From the NCBI GenBank assembly GCA_002495905.1, contig DAHJ01000034.1, positions 1 through 46,594 on the forward strand: 46,594 bases of DNA, in the 5' to 3' direction. The notes under the pieces were generated by a model. The model made no database searches. It had not been told where the DNA came from and was given only the letters and a program-made list of their open reading frames with translations. Below are positions 38,319-46,594 of the stretch, in pieces. Source of the stretch: Thaumarchaeota archaeon UBA223 (GTDB taxonomy: Archaea > Thermoproteota > Nitrososphaeria > Nitrososphaerales > UBA57). The position numbers were made by a program, and so were the translations under genes. Each line of letters opens with the position of its first letter. Within the stretch, counting starts at the first letter, position 1.

Positions 38319-38381
38319 TTATATCATCTATATTTTAGTGAGAATTGTTATATATCTTGTCTATTATTGAGCATGTTAGAT

Positions 38382-38783
38382 ATGAGTAAACCTGCAGCTT
38401 TGAGTGATGTAAAAATTGGCTCGTATATTATCATTGATGGAGAGCCTTGTAGAATAATTGAATATGATAAATCAAAACCAGGCAAACATGGTTCTGCAAA
38501 AGCCAGAGTAGTAGCAACTGGTGTATTTGATGGTTCAAAACACAGTTTAGTTTCTCCTGTATCTGCAGGAATAGAAATTCCAATGATTGAAAAAAGAACA
38601 GGTCAAGTAATTTCTATAAATAAGGAGCAAGAAATAGTTCAACTTATGGATATGGAATCATTTGAAACTTTTGATTCACCTCCACCAACTCATGATAAAG
38701 AAATCAATGAGAAATTAGCTGAAGGTAATGAAGTAGAATATTGGAAAGTATTAGGCAAAACAAAGATTATAAGAATAAGATAA
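38382..38783 (+). CDS. eif5a: Translation factor aIF-5A
   Basis: SKPGKHGSAK hypusine motif. Start could be 38367, 38373 or 38382. Confidence 0.95.
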   Translation: MSKPAALSDVKIGSYIIIDGEPCRIIEYDKSKPGKHGSAKARVVATGVFDGSKHSLVSPVSAGIEIPMIEKRTGQVISINKEQEIVQLMDMESFETFDSPPPTHDKEINEKLAEGNEVEYWKVLGKTKIIRIR

Positions 38784-38785
38784 AT

Positions 38786-39892
38786 CTAGAAAAATTTTCG
38801 TTTTGATATATTATTACCAAATTCAGTAGATAATTCTTCAATCAGTTTTCGTTGTTTGGAATTTAATTTCTTTGGAACATTAACATTAACTCTTACAAGT
38901 AAATCACCAGTACCAAAACCATTGATACGAGGAAATCCTTTTCCTTTTAGTTTAAAAATTGTATTGTTTTGAGTACCAGTAGGAATTTTTAGTTTAGCTT
39001 TTTTATCTAAAGTTGGAACAGATATATCACCTCCAAGTACGGCAATTGGGTAATCAATATTTGTTTCATAAATTAAATTTTCATTGTCGCGAAGAAAGGA
39101 ATCGTGTGATTTCATATGTGTAACAATATATAAATCACCAGGTTGTCCTGTTCCAGAAGTAAAATCACCAGATCCACGTAAACGAATTCGTGATCCTTCA
39201 TCTACACCGGATGGAATATTTAATTCAATAGTTTGTTTTTTTTCTACGAGTCCAATACTGTTACATTTTGTACAAGGTTTTTTAATGATTTTTCCTCGTC
39301 CCTGACAATTTGAACAATCTTGAACACTTACAAAACGTGCAAAACCTGCTGAACGAGTAACTTGAACTTGTCCTCTTCCATTACAATTAGAACAATTAAC
39401 AGGAGAAGTTCCTTTTTGTGCACCAGAACCTGTGCAAGATTCACATTTTATATTACGGGGAATGGTAATATTCATTTTTTCACCTTTGAAAGCTTGTTCA
39501 AGAGTTAGATCTATATCATATCGAAGATCTTGGCCTTTAGAAGGGTCGCGGGAATTTGATGTGCCAAAGAAAGAATCAAATATACTTCCAAACCCTCCCA
39601 TTCCTCCTACACCTCGGAGAATGTCAGAAAAGTCAGTATTACGAAAGATGTCTTCTTGATTGAATCGACCGTCAATACCTGCTTGTCCATATTGATCGTA
39701 TATTTTACGTTTTTCAGGATTAGAAAGAACAGCGTAAGCAGTAGAAATTTCTTTGAATTTTTCTTCTGCGTCTTTGGATTTATTGCGATCAGGATGGTAT
39801 TTTAAGGCAAGTTTTCTATATGCTTTTTTAATTTCTTTTTCATCAGTGTTTTTAGATATGCCGAGAATATCGTAATAATCAGTATTACTCAT
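38786..39892 (-). CDS. dnaJ: Chaperone DnaJ
   Basis: HPD J-domain, G/F region, four CxxCxGxG-type repeats. Confidence 0.97.
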   Translation of the reverse strand: MSNTDYYDILGISKNTDEKEIKKAYRKLALKYHPDRNKSKDAEEKFKEISTAYAVLSNPEKRKIYDQYGQAGIDGRFNQEDIFRNTDFSDILRGVGGMGGFGSIFDSFFGTSNSRDPSKGQDLRYDIDLTLEQAFKGEKMNITIPRNIKCESCTGSGAQKGTSPVNCSNCNGRGQVQVTRSAGFARFVSVQDCSNCQGRGKIIKKPCTKCNSIGLVEKKQTIELNIPSGVDEGSRIRLRGSGDFTSGTGQPGDLYIVTHMKSHDSFLRDNENLIYETNIDYPIAVLGGDISVPTLDKKAKLKIPTGTQNNTIFKLKGKGFPRINGFGTGDLLVRVNVNVPKKLNSKQRKLIEELSTEFGNNISKRKFF

Positions 39893-41763
39893 TTAGCATC
39901 ATTTGAAGAATTGTCATCTACTTCACTATATTCTCCATCAACGACTTTTTCTTCAGGTTCGGTATTAGAATCAGATTGATCAGATGGAGGAGGTTGATTT
40001 GGATCTGGTTGAGCAGATTGTTGGTAAATCGAAGAACCAATTTCTTGTAAAAGAGTACTTAATTTATCAGAATTATCACGAATTGAAGTTTGATCTTTAG
40101 ATTCAAGGGAAGACTTCAATTGAGATGATAAATTATCAATTTGAGATACTTGATCTTCAGTAATTTTATCTTTAAGATCAGTCTTAGTTCTTTCTGCAGT
40201 ATATATCAAGGAATCGGCTTTGTTAATTAATTCAGCTTCATCTTTTCGGGTTTTATCTTGTTCTGCAAATTGTTCAGCATCTTTAATCATTCTTTCTTTA
40301 TCAGTGTCAGATAATTTACTAGATCCAGTAACAGTAATATTTTGTTCTTTATTTGTAGCTAAATCTTTTGCAGATACATTAATTATGCCATTTGCATCGA
40401 TATCAAAAGTAACTTCTATTTGAGGAACGCCACGAGGTGCAGGAGGAATTCCGTCAAGATTGAATTGACCGAGAGACATGTTATCAGAAGCCATTTCTCT
40501 TTCTCCTTGAAGAATATGAATGGTAACAGCAGGTTGATTATCTTGAGCTGTAGAGTAGATTTGACTTTTCTTTGTAGGAATAGTAGTATTGCGTTCTATC
40601 ATACGATTACAAATTCCACCTTGAACTTCTACACCAAGAGAAAGAGGAGTAACATCTAAGAGTAAGATGTCAGAAGTTTCTCCACCTAGTACTGCACCTT
40701 GAATTGCAGCTCCAGCGGCAACGCACTCCATAGGATCAACACCACGTTCCAATCCTTTACCAACTATTTTTTTAACAAATTCTTGAACAGAAGGCATACG
40801 AGTTGGACCACCAACAAGAATTACTTTATCAATATCAGAAACCGAAAGCTTGGCATCATCCATAGCCTGCTTAATAGGTTGTTCACATTTATTGAGAACT
40901 ACAGAAATAAGATCTTCAAGTTTTGCACGTGTTAATGAAGTTTCAAAATGAATTGGATTTTTTTCAGAATCTTGGGCAATAAATGGAAGATTAATATCAG
41001 TAGTCAGTACAGTTGACAATTCAATTTTTGCTTTTTCTGCACCTTCCCTAAGTCTTTGCATTGCTTTAGAGTCATTACGCAAATCGATAGAGGTTCTTTG
41101 GACAAATGTATCAACAAGGTAATCAAGAATAACTTGATCCATATCAGTTCCACCAAGCTGAGTATCACCACTTGTACTTTTTACTTCAAATACGCTATCG
41201 CCAAATTCCATAACTGTAACATCAAGAGTTCCCCCGCCAAGATCAAAGACTAGTATTTTTTGATCAGAAGCCTCTTTATCAAGGCCATATGCTAGAGAAG
41301 CAGCAGTAGGTTCATTTATAATACGAACAACATCTAGTCCTGCAATAGAACCAGCGTCTTTAGTTGCTTGTCTTTGATTATCATTAAAATACGCAGGAAC
41401 AGTAACTACGGCTTTTTCTACTTTCTCACCAAGAAATGCTTCAGCATCAGTCTTAATTTTCTGAAGAATAAAGGCAGAAATTTGTTCAGGAGTATAATCA
41501 TTGCCATTAATATGGACTTTATATGATTCTCCCATCTTTCGTTTAATTTTTTGTATAGTGCCTTCAGGATTTGTTACAGCTTGTCTTCTTGCAGGTTCTC
41601 CAACTAAACGTTGACCATCTTTAGTGAATGCAACATAAGATGGAAATGATTTACCTCCGACGCTAGTACCTTCTGCACTAGGAATTAATGAAGGCTTACC
41701 GCCGACCATTACAGCAGCAGCTGAATTACTGGTTCCTAAATCGATTCCAATAATTTTACTCAT
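39889..41763 (-). CDS. dnaK: Chaperone DnaK (Hsp70)
   Basis: [43 protein letters not shown]; start MSKIIG at 41763. Confidence 0.97.
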   Translation of the reverse strand: MSKIIGIDLGTSNSAAAVMVGGKPSLIPSAEGTSVGGKSFPSYVAFTKDGQRLVGEPARRQAVTNPEGTIQKIKRKMGESYKVHINGNDYTPEQISAFILQKIKTDAEAFLGEKVEKAVVTVPAYFNDNQRQATKDAGSIAGLDVVRIINEPTAASLAYGLDKEASDQKILVFDLGGGTLDVTVMEFGDSVFEVKSTSGDTQLGGTDMDQVILDYLVDTFVQRTSIDLRNDSKAMQRLREGAEKAKIELSTVLTTDINLPFIAQDSEKNPIHFETSLTRAKLEDLISVVLNKCEQPIKQAMDDAKLSVSDIDKVILVGGPTRMPSVQEFVKKIVGKGLERGVDPMECVAAGAAIQGAVLGGETSDILLLDVTPLSLGVEVQGGICNRMIERNTTIPTKKSQIYSTAQDNQPAVTIHILQGEREMASDNMSLGQFNLDGIPPAPRGVPQIEVTFDIDANGIINVSAKDLATNKEQNITVTGSSKLSDTDKERMIKDAEQFAEQDKTRKDEAELINKADSLIYTAERTKTDLKDKITEDQVSQIDNLSSQLKSSLESKDQTSIRDNSDKLSTLLQEIGSSIYQQSAQPDPNQPPPSDQSDSNTEPEEKVVDGEYSEVDDNSSNDAK

Positions 41764-42340
41764 TTGCATTATCTCCATTCTTGTTAGAATTATTTTTGCA
41801 TACGTTTACTTTAGAAGGTCTTAAAACTTGTCCATGAATTTTATATCCACTTTGGATTTCTGAGAGAATAATATTATCTTCAGTTTCAGAATTTTCGGTA
41901 TATTCTAAAGCTTCATGAAGATTTGGATCAAAAGCAGTACCTACAGAATGAATAATTTCCACAGATTGTTCTTTGAACATAGATTCAATATTCTTAGTTA
42001 TCAATTTTATAGCTTGTAAAGAAGAATCGTCAGAATTAAGATTATCAATTATTCGTTTCAAGTCCTCGTATATTTCAATTAAATATTGAATAATTTGACT
42101 ATTGCCAAATTTAGATTGATTCTCAAATTCTTTAGAGACTTGTTTACGATAATTTTCAAAATCAGCTTGAAGGTATTGAAGTTGTTTAAAATACGACTCA
42201 GATTGTTTTTTAATCTTATCTATGTCTTCAGAAGGATCTTGATTAGAGATATCAGAATTATTTGATTCTATAGAATCATTTTTGATAACATCTTTTTCAG
42301 ATTGGTCTGAATGTTCATTTTGTTCTGTAATATTTGTCAA
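41756..42340 (-). CDS. grpE: Nucleotide exchange factor GrpE
   Basis: [31 protein letters not shown]; TTG start. Confidence 0.95.
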   Translation of the reverse strand: MTNITEQNEHSDQSEKDVIKNDSIESNNSDISNQDPSEDIDKIKKQSESYFKQLQYLQADFENYRKQVSKEFENQSKFGNSQIIQYLIEIYEDLKRIIDNLNSDDSSLQAIKLITKNIESMFKEQSVEIIHSVGTAFDPNLHEALEYTENSETEDNIILSEIQSGYKIHGQVLRPSKVNVCKNNSNKNGDNANE

Positions 42341-42478
42341 CGTTCGTAACCTGTTAATTTCTTGTTGCTAACTAAAAGAGAGTAACTAAACCACATCTAT
42401 AAACTTTTCCAATAGTTTCCAATTCATCTAGAATAATCAAAGTTAATAATTGTAGGTTGGAATAAGATATGAAATTAA

Positions 42479-43147
42479 TTGAAGAAAGGAATTGCATTTC
42501 TATCTGGAGGTAAAGATTCGGTATTATCAATGCATTTAGCACATAATAATGGGATTAAAATAACAAAAATCATGACAGTAATACCTGAAGATCAAGAAAG
42601 TATGTTGTACCACACTCATAATATCAGTTTAGTAAAAAATATTGCAGAAGTAGTTGGACTTGATTGGATTCCAGTGAAGGCTTCAAAAGAAAGAGAAATT
42701 GAAACATTATCTGATGCATTAGAAAAACAAGACTCCGATTATCTGATAACAGGAGGAATAGAATCGAATTTTCAGAAAAAAAAATTCGATAATGCCTGTG
42801 AAAAGGCAGGTATGGAACACTATGCTCCAATTTGGGGAATTACACCGAAAGATTTGTATCGTGAAATATTAGAAAATCAATTAGATGTAATAATAGTTTC
42901 GGTCGCAGCATTAGGATTAGGAGAGGAATGGTTAGGAAGACATTTAGATAAAAAGAGTATAAAAGAATTACTTGATCTTGCAGATAAATATAGATTCAAT
43001 GCAGTGGGAGAAGGAGGAGATTTAGATACCTTGGTATTAGATGGTCCTCTATATACTAATAAATTAGAGCCAATAGAATCAAAGAATATCTGGTATGGAG
43101 ATAGAGGTAGATTAGAAATTTCAGAATTAAGAATTATAAAGAAGTGA
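42479..43147 (+). CDS. dph6: Diphthine--ammonia ligase (Dph6 family)
   Basis: SGGKDS, SMLYH, APIW, GEGGDLDTLVLDGP. Confidence 0.85.
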   Translation: MKKGIAFLSGGKDSVLSMHLAHNNGIKITKIMTVIPEDQESMLYHTHNISLVKNIAEVVGLDWIPVKASKEREIETLSDALEKQDSDYLITGGIESNFQKKKFDNACEKAGMEHYAPIWGITPKDLYREILENQLDVIIVSVAALGLGEEWLGRHLDKKSIKELLDLADKYRFNAVGEGGDLDTLVLDGPLYTNKLEPIESKNIWYGDRGRLEISELRIIKK

Positions 43148-43153
43148 TATGGT

Positions 43154-44476
43154 ATGCTAGACAATCTCAAATCAGGTTTACAAGATGCAATAAAAAAATT
43201 TGTGGGAAATGATGAAATCGATGAACAATCGGTAAAAGAATTTGTTAAAGATTTACAAAGATCATTACTTCAAGCTGATGTAAATGTTAAACTTGTATTT
43301 GATTTAACAAAAAAAATTGAAACTCGAGCATTGGAAGAGAAGATACCTTCAGGAATACCAAAACGTGACTATATTGTAAAGATACTTTATGAAGAACTAT
43401 CTACAACGTTAGGTTCCGAAAGAAAATTTGAATTAAATAAGCCAAAAGGCAATATAATTTTGGTATTAGGAATACAAGGTAGTGGAAAGACTACAACAAT
43501 TGGTAAATTAGCCAAATATTTGACCAAAAAGAATCATTCAGTAGGAGTGATAGGTGCAGATACTTTCAGACCAGGTGCTTTAGCACAAATTACTTCATTA
43601 TGTGAATCTTTTGATATTGAAATATTTGGACAAGAAAAGGAAAAAGATGCTGTTAAAATAATCAAGAATGGCATTGATTATTTCAATAAAGCAGAAAAAG
43701 AAGTCATAATAATTGATACAACTGGACGACATAAAGAAGAAGGAGGATTAATGGAAGAGATGAAAGAGTTAACTAGTAAAATAAAACCTGATCATACTTT
43801 ATTGGTAATTGATTCTACAATTGGACAACAATCAGAAGCACAATCAAAGGCATTTACAGAAGTAAGTTCAATTGGAGGAATAATAATAACAAAACTTGAT
43901 GGAGCTGCAAAAGGAGGAGGAGCAATAGCAGCAGTAGCAAACACTAATGCAAGTATATTTTTTATAGGTACTGGAGAAAGAATTGATGATTTAGAAGAAT
44001 TTGTATCGACCAGATTTGTTGGAAGATTAATTGGAATGGGTGATATTCAAACATTATTACAAAGATTAAAAGAAATTCAATCAGAGGATCAGGAAATAAA
44101 AATGCAAAGAATAATGTCAGGAAAAATGACAATTAATGATCTATATGAACAATTAGAACAGATTAACAAAATGGGATCATTAAAAAAAGTAATGGAATTG
44201 ATTCCTGGAGCAGCACAAGTTCCAGAAAAGGATATAGACAACATAGAAGAGAATATGGAAAAATGGAAATACATAATTCAATCCATGACAAAAAATGAAA
44301 AAGAAGATCCAGATTTAATGAATTCTTCAAGAGTAAAAAGAATAGCAAAAGGTTCTGGACGTTCTGAAAAAGAAATAAAAGAATTGTTAAACAGGTACAA
44401 ACAATCAAAACAAATGATGAAAGCCAGTAAAGGTAGAGGAATGCGACAGATGTTAAAGAAGTTAGGTGCAAATTAG
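43154..44476 (+). CDS. srp54: Signal recognition particle protein Srp54
   Basis: LLQADVNV, GIQGSGKTTT, DTTGRH, TKLDG, GTGE, Met-rich M domain. Confidence 0.97.
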   Translation: MLDNLKSGLQDAIKKFVGNDEIDEQSVKEFVKDLQRSLLQADVNVKLVFDLTKKIETRALEEKIPSGIPKRDYIVKILYEELSTTLGSERKFELNKPKGNIILVLGIQGSGKTTTIGKLAKYLTKKNHSVGVIGADTFRPGALAQITSLCESFDIEIFGQEKEKDAVKIIKNGIDYFNKAEKEVIIIDTTGRHKEEGGLMEEMKELTSKIKPDHTLLVIDSTIGQQSEAQSKAFTEVSSIGGIIITKLDGAAKGGGAIAAVANTNASIFFIGTGERIDDLEEFVSTRFVGRLIGMGDIQTLLQRLKEIQSEDQEIKMQRIMSGKMTINDLYEQLEQINKMGSLKKVMELIPGAAQVPEKDIDNIEENMEKWKYIIQSMTKNEKEDPDLMNSSRVKRIAKGSGRSEKEIKELLNRYKQSKQMMKASKGRGMRQMLKKLGAN

Positions 44477-44478
44477 AG

Positions 44479-45660
44479 CTGGATGCTAGAATTAGAACAG
44501 CGAAAAGAGTCTTTAACAGGTATAAATTATGTGATAGTTGTTTAGGAAGACAATTTTCAAGTAATTATACAAACAGAATAAATGGAAATAATATTAGAAA
44601 GATAATAAATAAAAATCAAATTAAGAAGGAATGTTTCATTTGTGAGGGAATGATGGAAAATTTAAGTAAACTTGCAAAAAGAATTATGATAAAAACTGAA
44701 AAATTTGAATATTCGAGTTTTATGGTAGGAACAATTCTTGATTCAGAAATAATAGAAAGAGAGGATGTAGTACGTTCTGAATTCAAGGTAAAAGGTGGTG
44801 AACCAATAAAGAGTGAGATAACAAAAGAATTATCAAAAATAATTAGAAGAAAGAATGGTAAAGTCATTAGTTTGAATAAACCTGAATTAAATATACTTGT
44901 GAATACTTTATTTGATGAAATCGAATTATCGTCTAGATCAGTTTTTGTAAAGGGTATGTATGTAAAAAATAAAAGAGGAATTAATCAGAAAAAACAACGA
45001 TGTAAACAATGTAAAAGTGAAGGGTGTAAAAATTGTAATTTTTCTGGATTTATGAAACTGCCTTCAGTAGAAAATGAGATACAAAAATACTTGAAAAAGA
45101 AATTTAATGCAAATGAAATAAAGATATCATGGATAGGTAGTGAAGATCAGAATAGTTTAGTGAGATATAAAGGAAGGCCATTCTTTGCAGAAATAAGTTC
45201 GCCAATGAAACGTAAGGCTTTATTTAGAGAGAAAAAAATGAATCATGGAATTATAATTAAATCTGCAGAAATATTAAGAAAAAGGCCAACAATAGATCAT
45301 GGATTCATTATGAAGGCAAAAGTTAATTTTGAATCAAATATAAAAGATGAAAAAAGAATTAAAAAGATTGAGAAATATTTCAATGATCGAGATATTTCAA
45401 TATATTCAATGAATAAAAGGAAGTATTTCACAAGAAAGATTATTTCAATTAGAATGAAAAAGAAAGAGGGAAACAGAATTACAGTGGAATTAGTTTGTGA
45501 AGGGGGGATAAACATAAAGAAATTGGTTTCAGGAGAAAATGAACAAGTTGAACCTAATTTTAGGAAAATATTGAGAATAAAATGTTCAGTAGATAAAGAA
45601 AAGCCATTTGACATACATTATGTCAAGTTTCAAGAATCAGAGAAAAAGTTAAAAACATAG
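44479..45660 (+). CDS. pus10: tRNA pseudouridine(54/55) synthase Pus10; N-terminus extends upstream of the first ATG (44650)
   Basis: In-frame LCDSCLGRQF...CFICEG upstream of 44650; CKQC..GCKNC; GSED catalytic Asp; GRPFFAE; EGGINIKKLVSG. CTG at 44479 is the inferred start. Confidence 0.8.
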   Translation: MDARIRTAKRVFNRYKLCDSCLGRQFSSNYTNRINGNNIRKIINKNQIKKECFICEGMMENLSKLAKRIMIKTEKFEYSSFMVGTILDSEIIEREDVVRSEFKVKGGEPIKSEITKELSKIIRRKNGKVISLNKPELNILVNTLFDEIELSSRSVFVKGMYVKNKRGINQKKQRCKQCKSEGCKNCNFSGFMKLPSVENEIQKYLKKKFNANEIKISWIGSEDQNSLVRYKGRPFFAEISSPMKRKALFREKKMNHGIIIKSAEILRKRPTIDHGFIMKAKVNFESNIKDEKRIKKIEKYFNDRDISIYSMNKRKYFTRKIISIRMKKKEGNRITVELVCEGGINIKKLVSGENEQVEPNFRKILRIKCSVDKEKPFDIHYVKFQESEKKLKT

Positions 45661-45686
45661 TTTTACGTAAAAAAATGTGATTATTA

Positions 45687-46594
45687 ATGAGTAATAACAA
45701 CGGTCAACCTGTCTTTATTTTGAAAGAAGGTTCAAGCGAAACAAAGGGAAAAGAAGCACAAAAGAATAATATATTTGCTGCAACATTAGTGGCACAATTA
45801 GTAAAAACATCACTAGGTCCTAGAGGAATGGATAAAATGTTAGTAGACGGTTTAGGAGATGTAACAATAACAAATGATGGGGCAACTATTTTGAAAGAAA
45901 TAGATATGCAACATCCAGCAGGAAAAATGATGGTAGAAGTAGCAAAAACTACCGATAATGAAGTAGGAGACGGTACCACTACATCAGTTGTTTTGTCTGG
46001 AGCACTATTAGAAAAAGCACAAGAATTAATCGATAAAGAAGTACATCCAACAATGGTAATAGATGGATATGCAAGAGCTGCGGAACAAGCACTTGATATT
46101 TTAAAGAAAATTGCAATTAAAGTTGATAAAAGTAATAGAGATGTATTAATAAAAATTGCTTCAACTAGTATGATGAGTAAATTAGTTGCAGAAGAAGCTA
46201 AAGAATTATCAAAAATTGTTGTAGATTCATTATTATTAGTTTCAGATAATACTGATGGAAACACAAAAGTAGATTTAGCAAATATCAAAATTGACAAGAA
46301 ACCTGGAGCTTCAATGAGTGAAACTTCATTAATCAAAGGTATTGTATTGGATAAAGAAGTAGTTCATTCAAGTATGCCAAAATCTGTCAATAGAGCTAAA
46401 ATTGCAATAGTGAATGCCGCATTAGAAATTGAAAAAACAGAAATCAGTGCAGAAATTAGAATAAATGATCCATTACAAATGAAACAATTTCTAGATGAAG
46501 AGAATAGAATGTTAAAACAATACGTAGACCAAATAGTTGCATCAGGTGCAAATATTGTAATATGTCAAAAAGGAATTGACGATATTGCTCAACA
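45687..46594 (+). CDS. ths: Thermosome (group II chaperonin) subunit, 3' truncated by the window; absent from the ORF track
   Basis: MSNNNGQPVFILKEG, TSLGPRGMDKMLVD, TNDGATIL, EVGDGTTT, CQKGIDD. Confidence 0.96.
   Translation, partial: MSNNNGQPVFILKEGSSETKGKEAQKNNIFAATLVAQLVKTSLGPRGMDKMLVDGLGDVTITNDGATILKEIDMQHPAGKMMVEVAKTTDNEVGDGTTTSVVLSGALLEKAQELIDKEVHPTMVIDGYARAAEQALDILKKIAIKVDKSNRDVLIKIASTSMMSKLVAEEAKELSKIVVDSLLLVSDNTDGNTKVDLANIKIDKKPGASMSETSLIKGIVLDKEVVHSSMPKSVNRAKIAIVNAALEIEKTEISAEIRINDPLQMKQFLDEENRMLKQYVDQIVASGANIVICQKGIDDIAQ

Noticed and set aside
28-45614. Remaining 60-150 aa ORFs nested in or antisense to assigned genes
   Set aside because: No recognisable motifs, and each overlaps a well-supported gene.
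45704-46336. 210-aa minus-strand ORF
   Set aside because: Antisense shadow of the thermosome gene.

Overview
AT-rich archaeal chromosome segment. The gene set (archaeal DnaG, pelota, Rpo4, L10e/L21e, aIF5A, Nob1, SRP54, Pus10, thermosome together with GrpE-DnaK-DnaJ, single-OB SSB, F420-type PPOX) suggests Nitrososphaeria/Thaumarchaeota, possibly a deep-branching heterotrophic marine lineage; this placement is inference. Most of the window is housekeeping and RNA-modification genes. Accessory blocks are: a nickel superoxide dismutase module (sodN with divergent sodX, an aquaporin and an aldo-keto reductase); a surface/uptake block after tRNA-Leu (MacB-type permease, repeat surface protein, Opp-type ABC importer whose binding protein has a histone-H1-like SPKK tail, Asp-box propeller, coiled-coil protein); a diacetamido-sugar/N-glycosylation cluster; and a ZIP transporter, CuA-like cupredoxin and presenilin-type protease run. 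The most striking signal lies outside the ORF track: a tRNA-Gln(UUG) with two introns, one at the unusual position 10/11 whose BHB helix uses acceptor-stem bases, preceded by an exact copy of the 5' acceptor strand that could act as a decoy allowing splicing. Also notable are a probable non-canonical start for pus10, a CuA site with His in place of the axial Met, an HSR1/Phr-like tandem operator and strand-dependent codon usage. No CRISPR array, integrase or transposase was seen. All protein calls are from motif recognition, not database searches.
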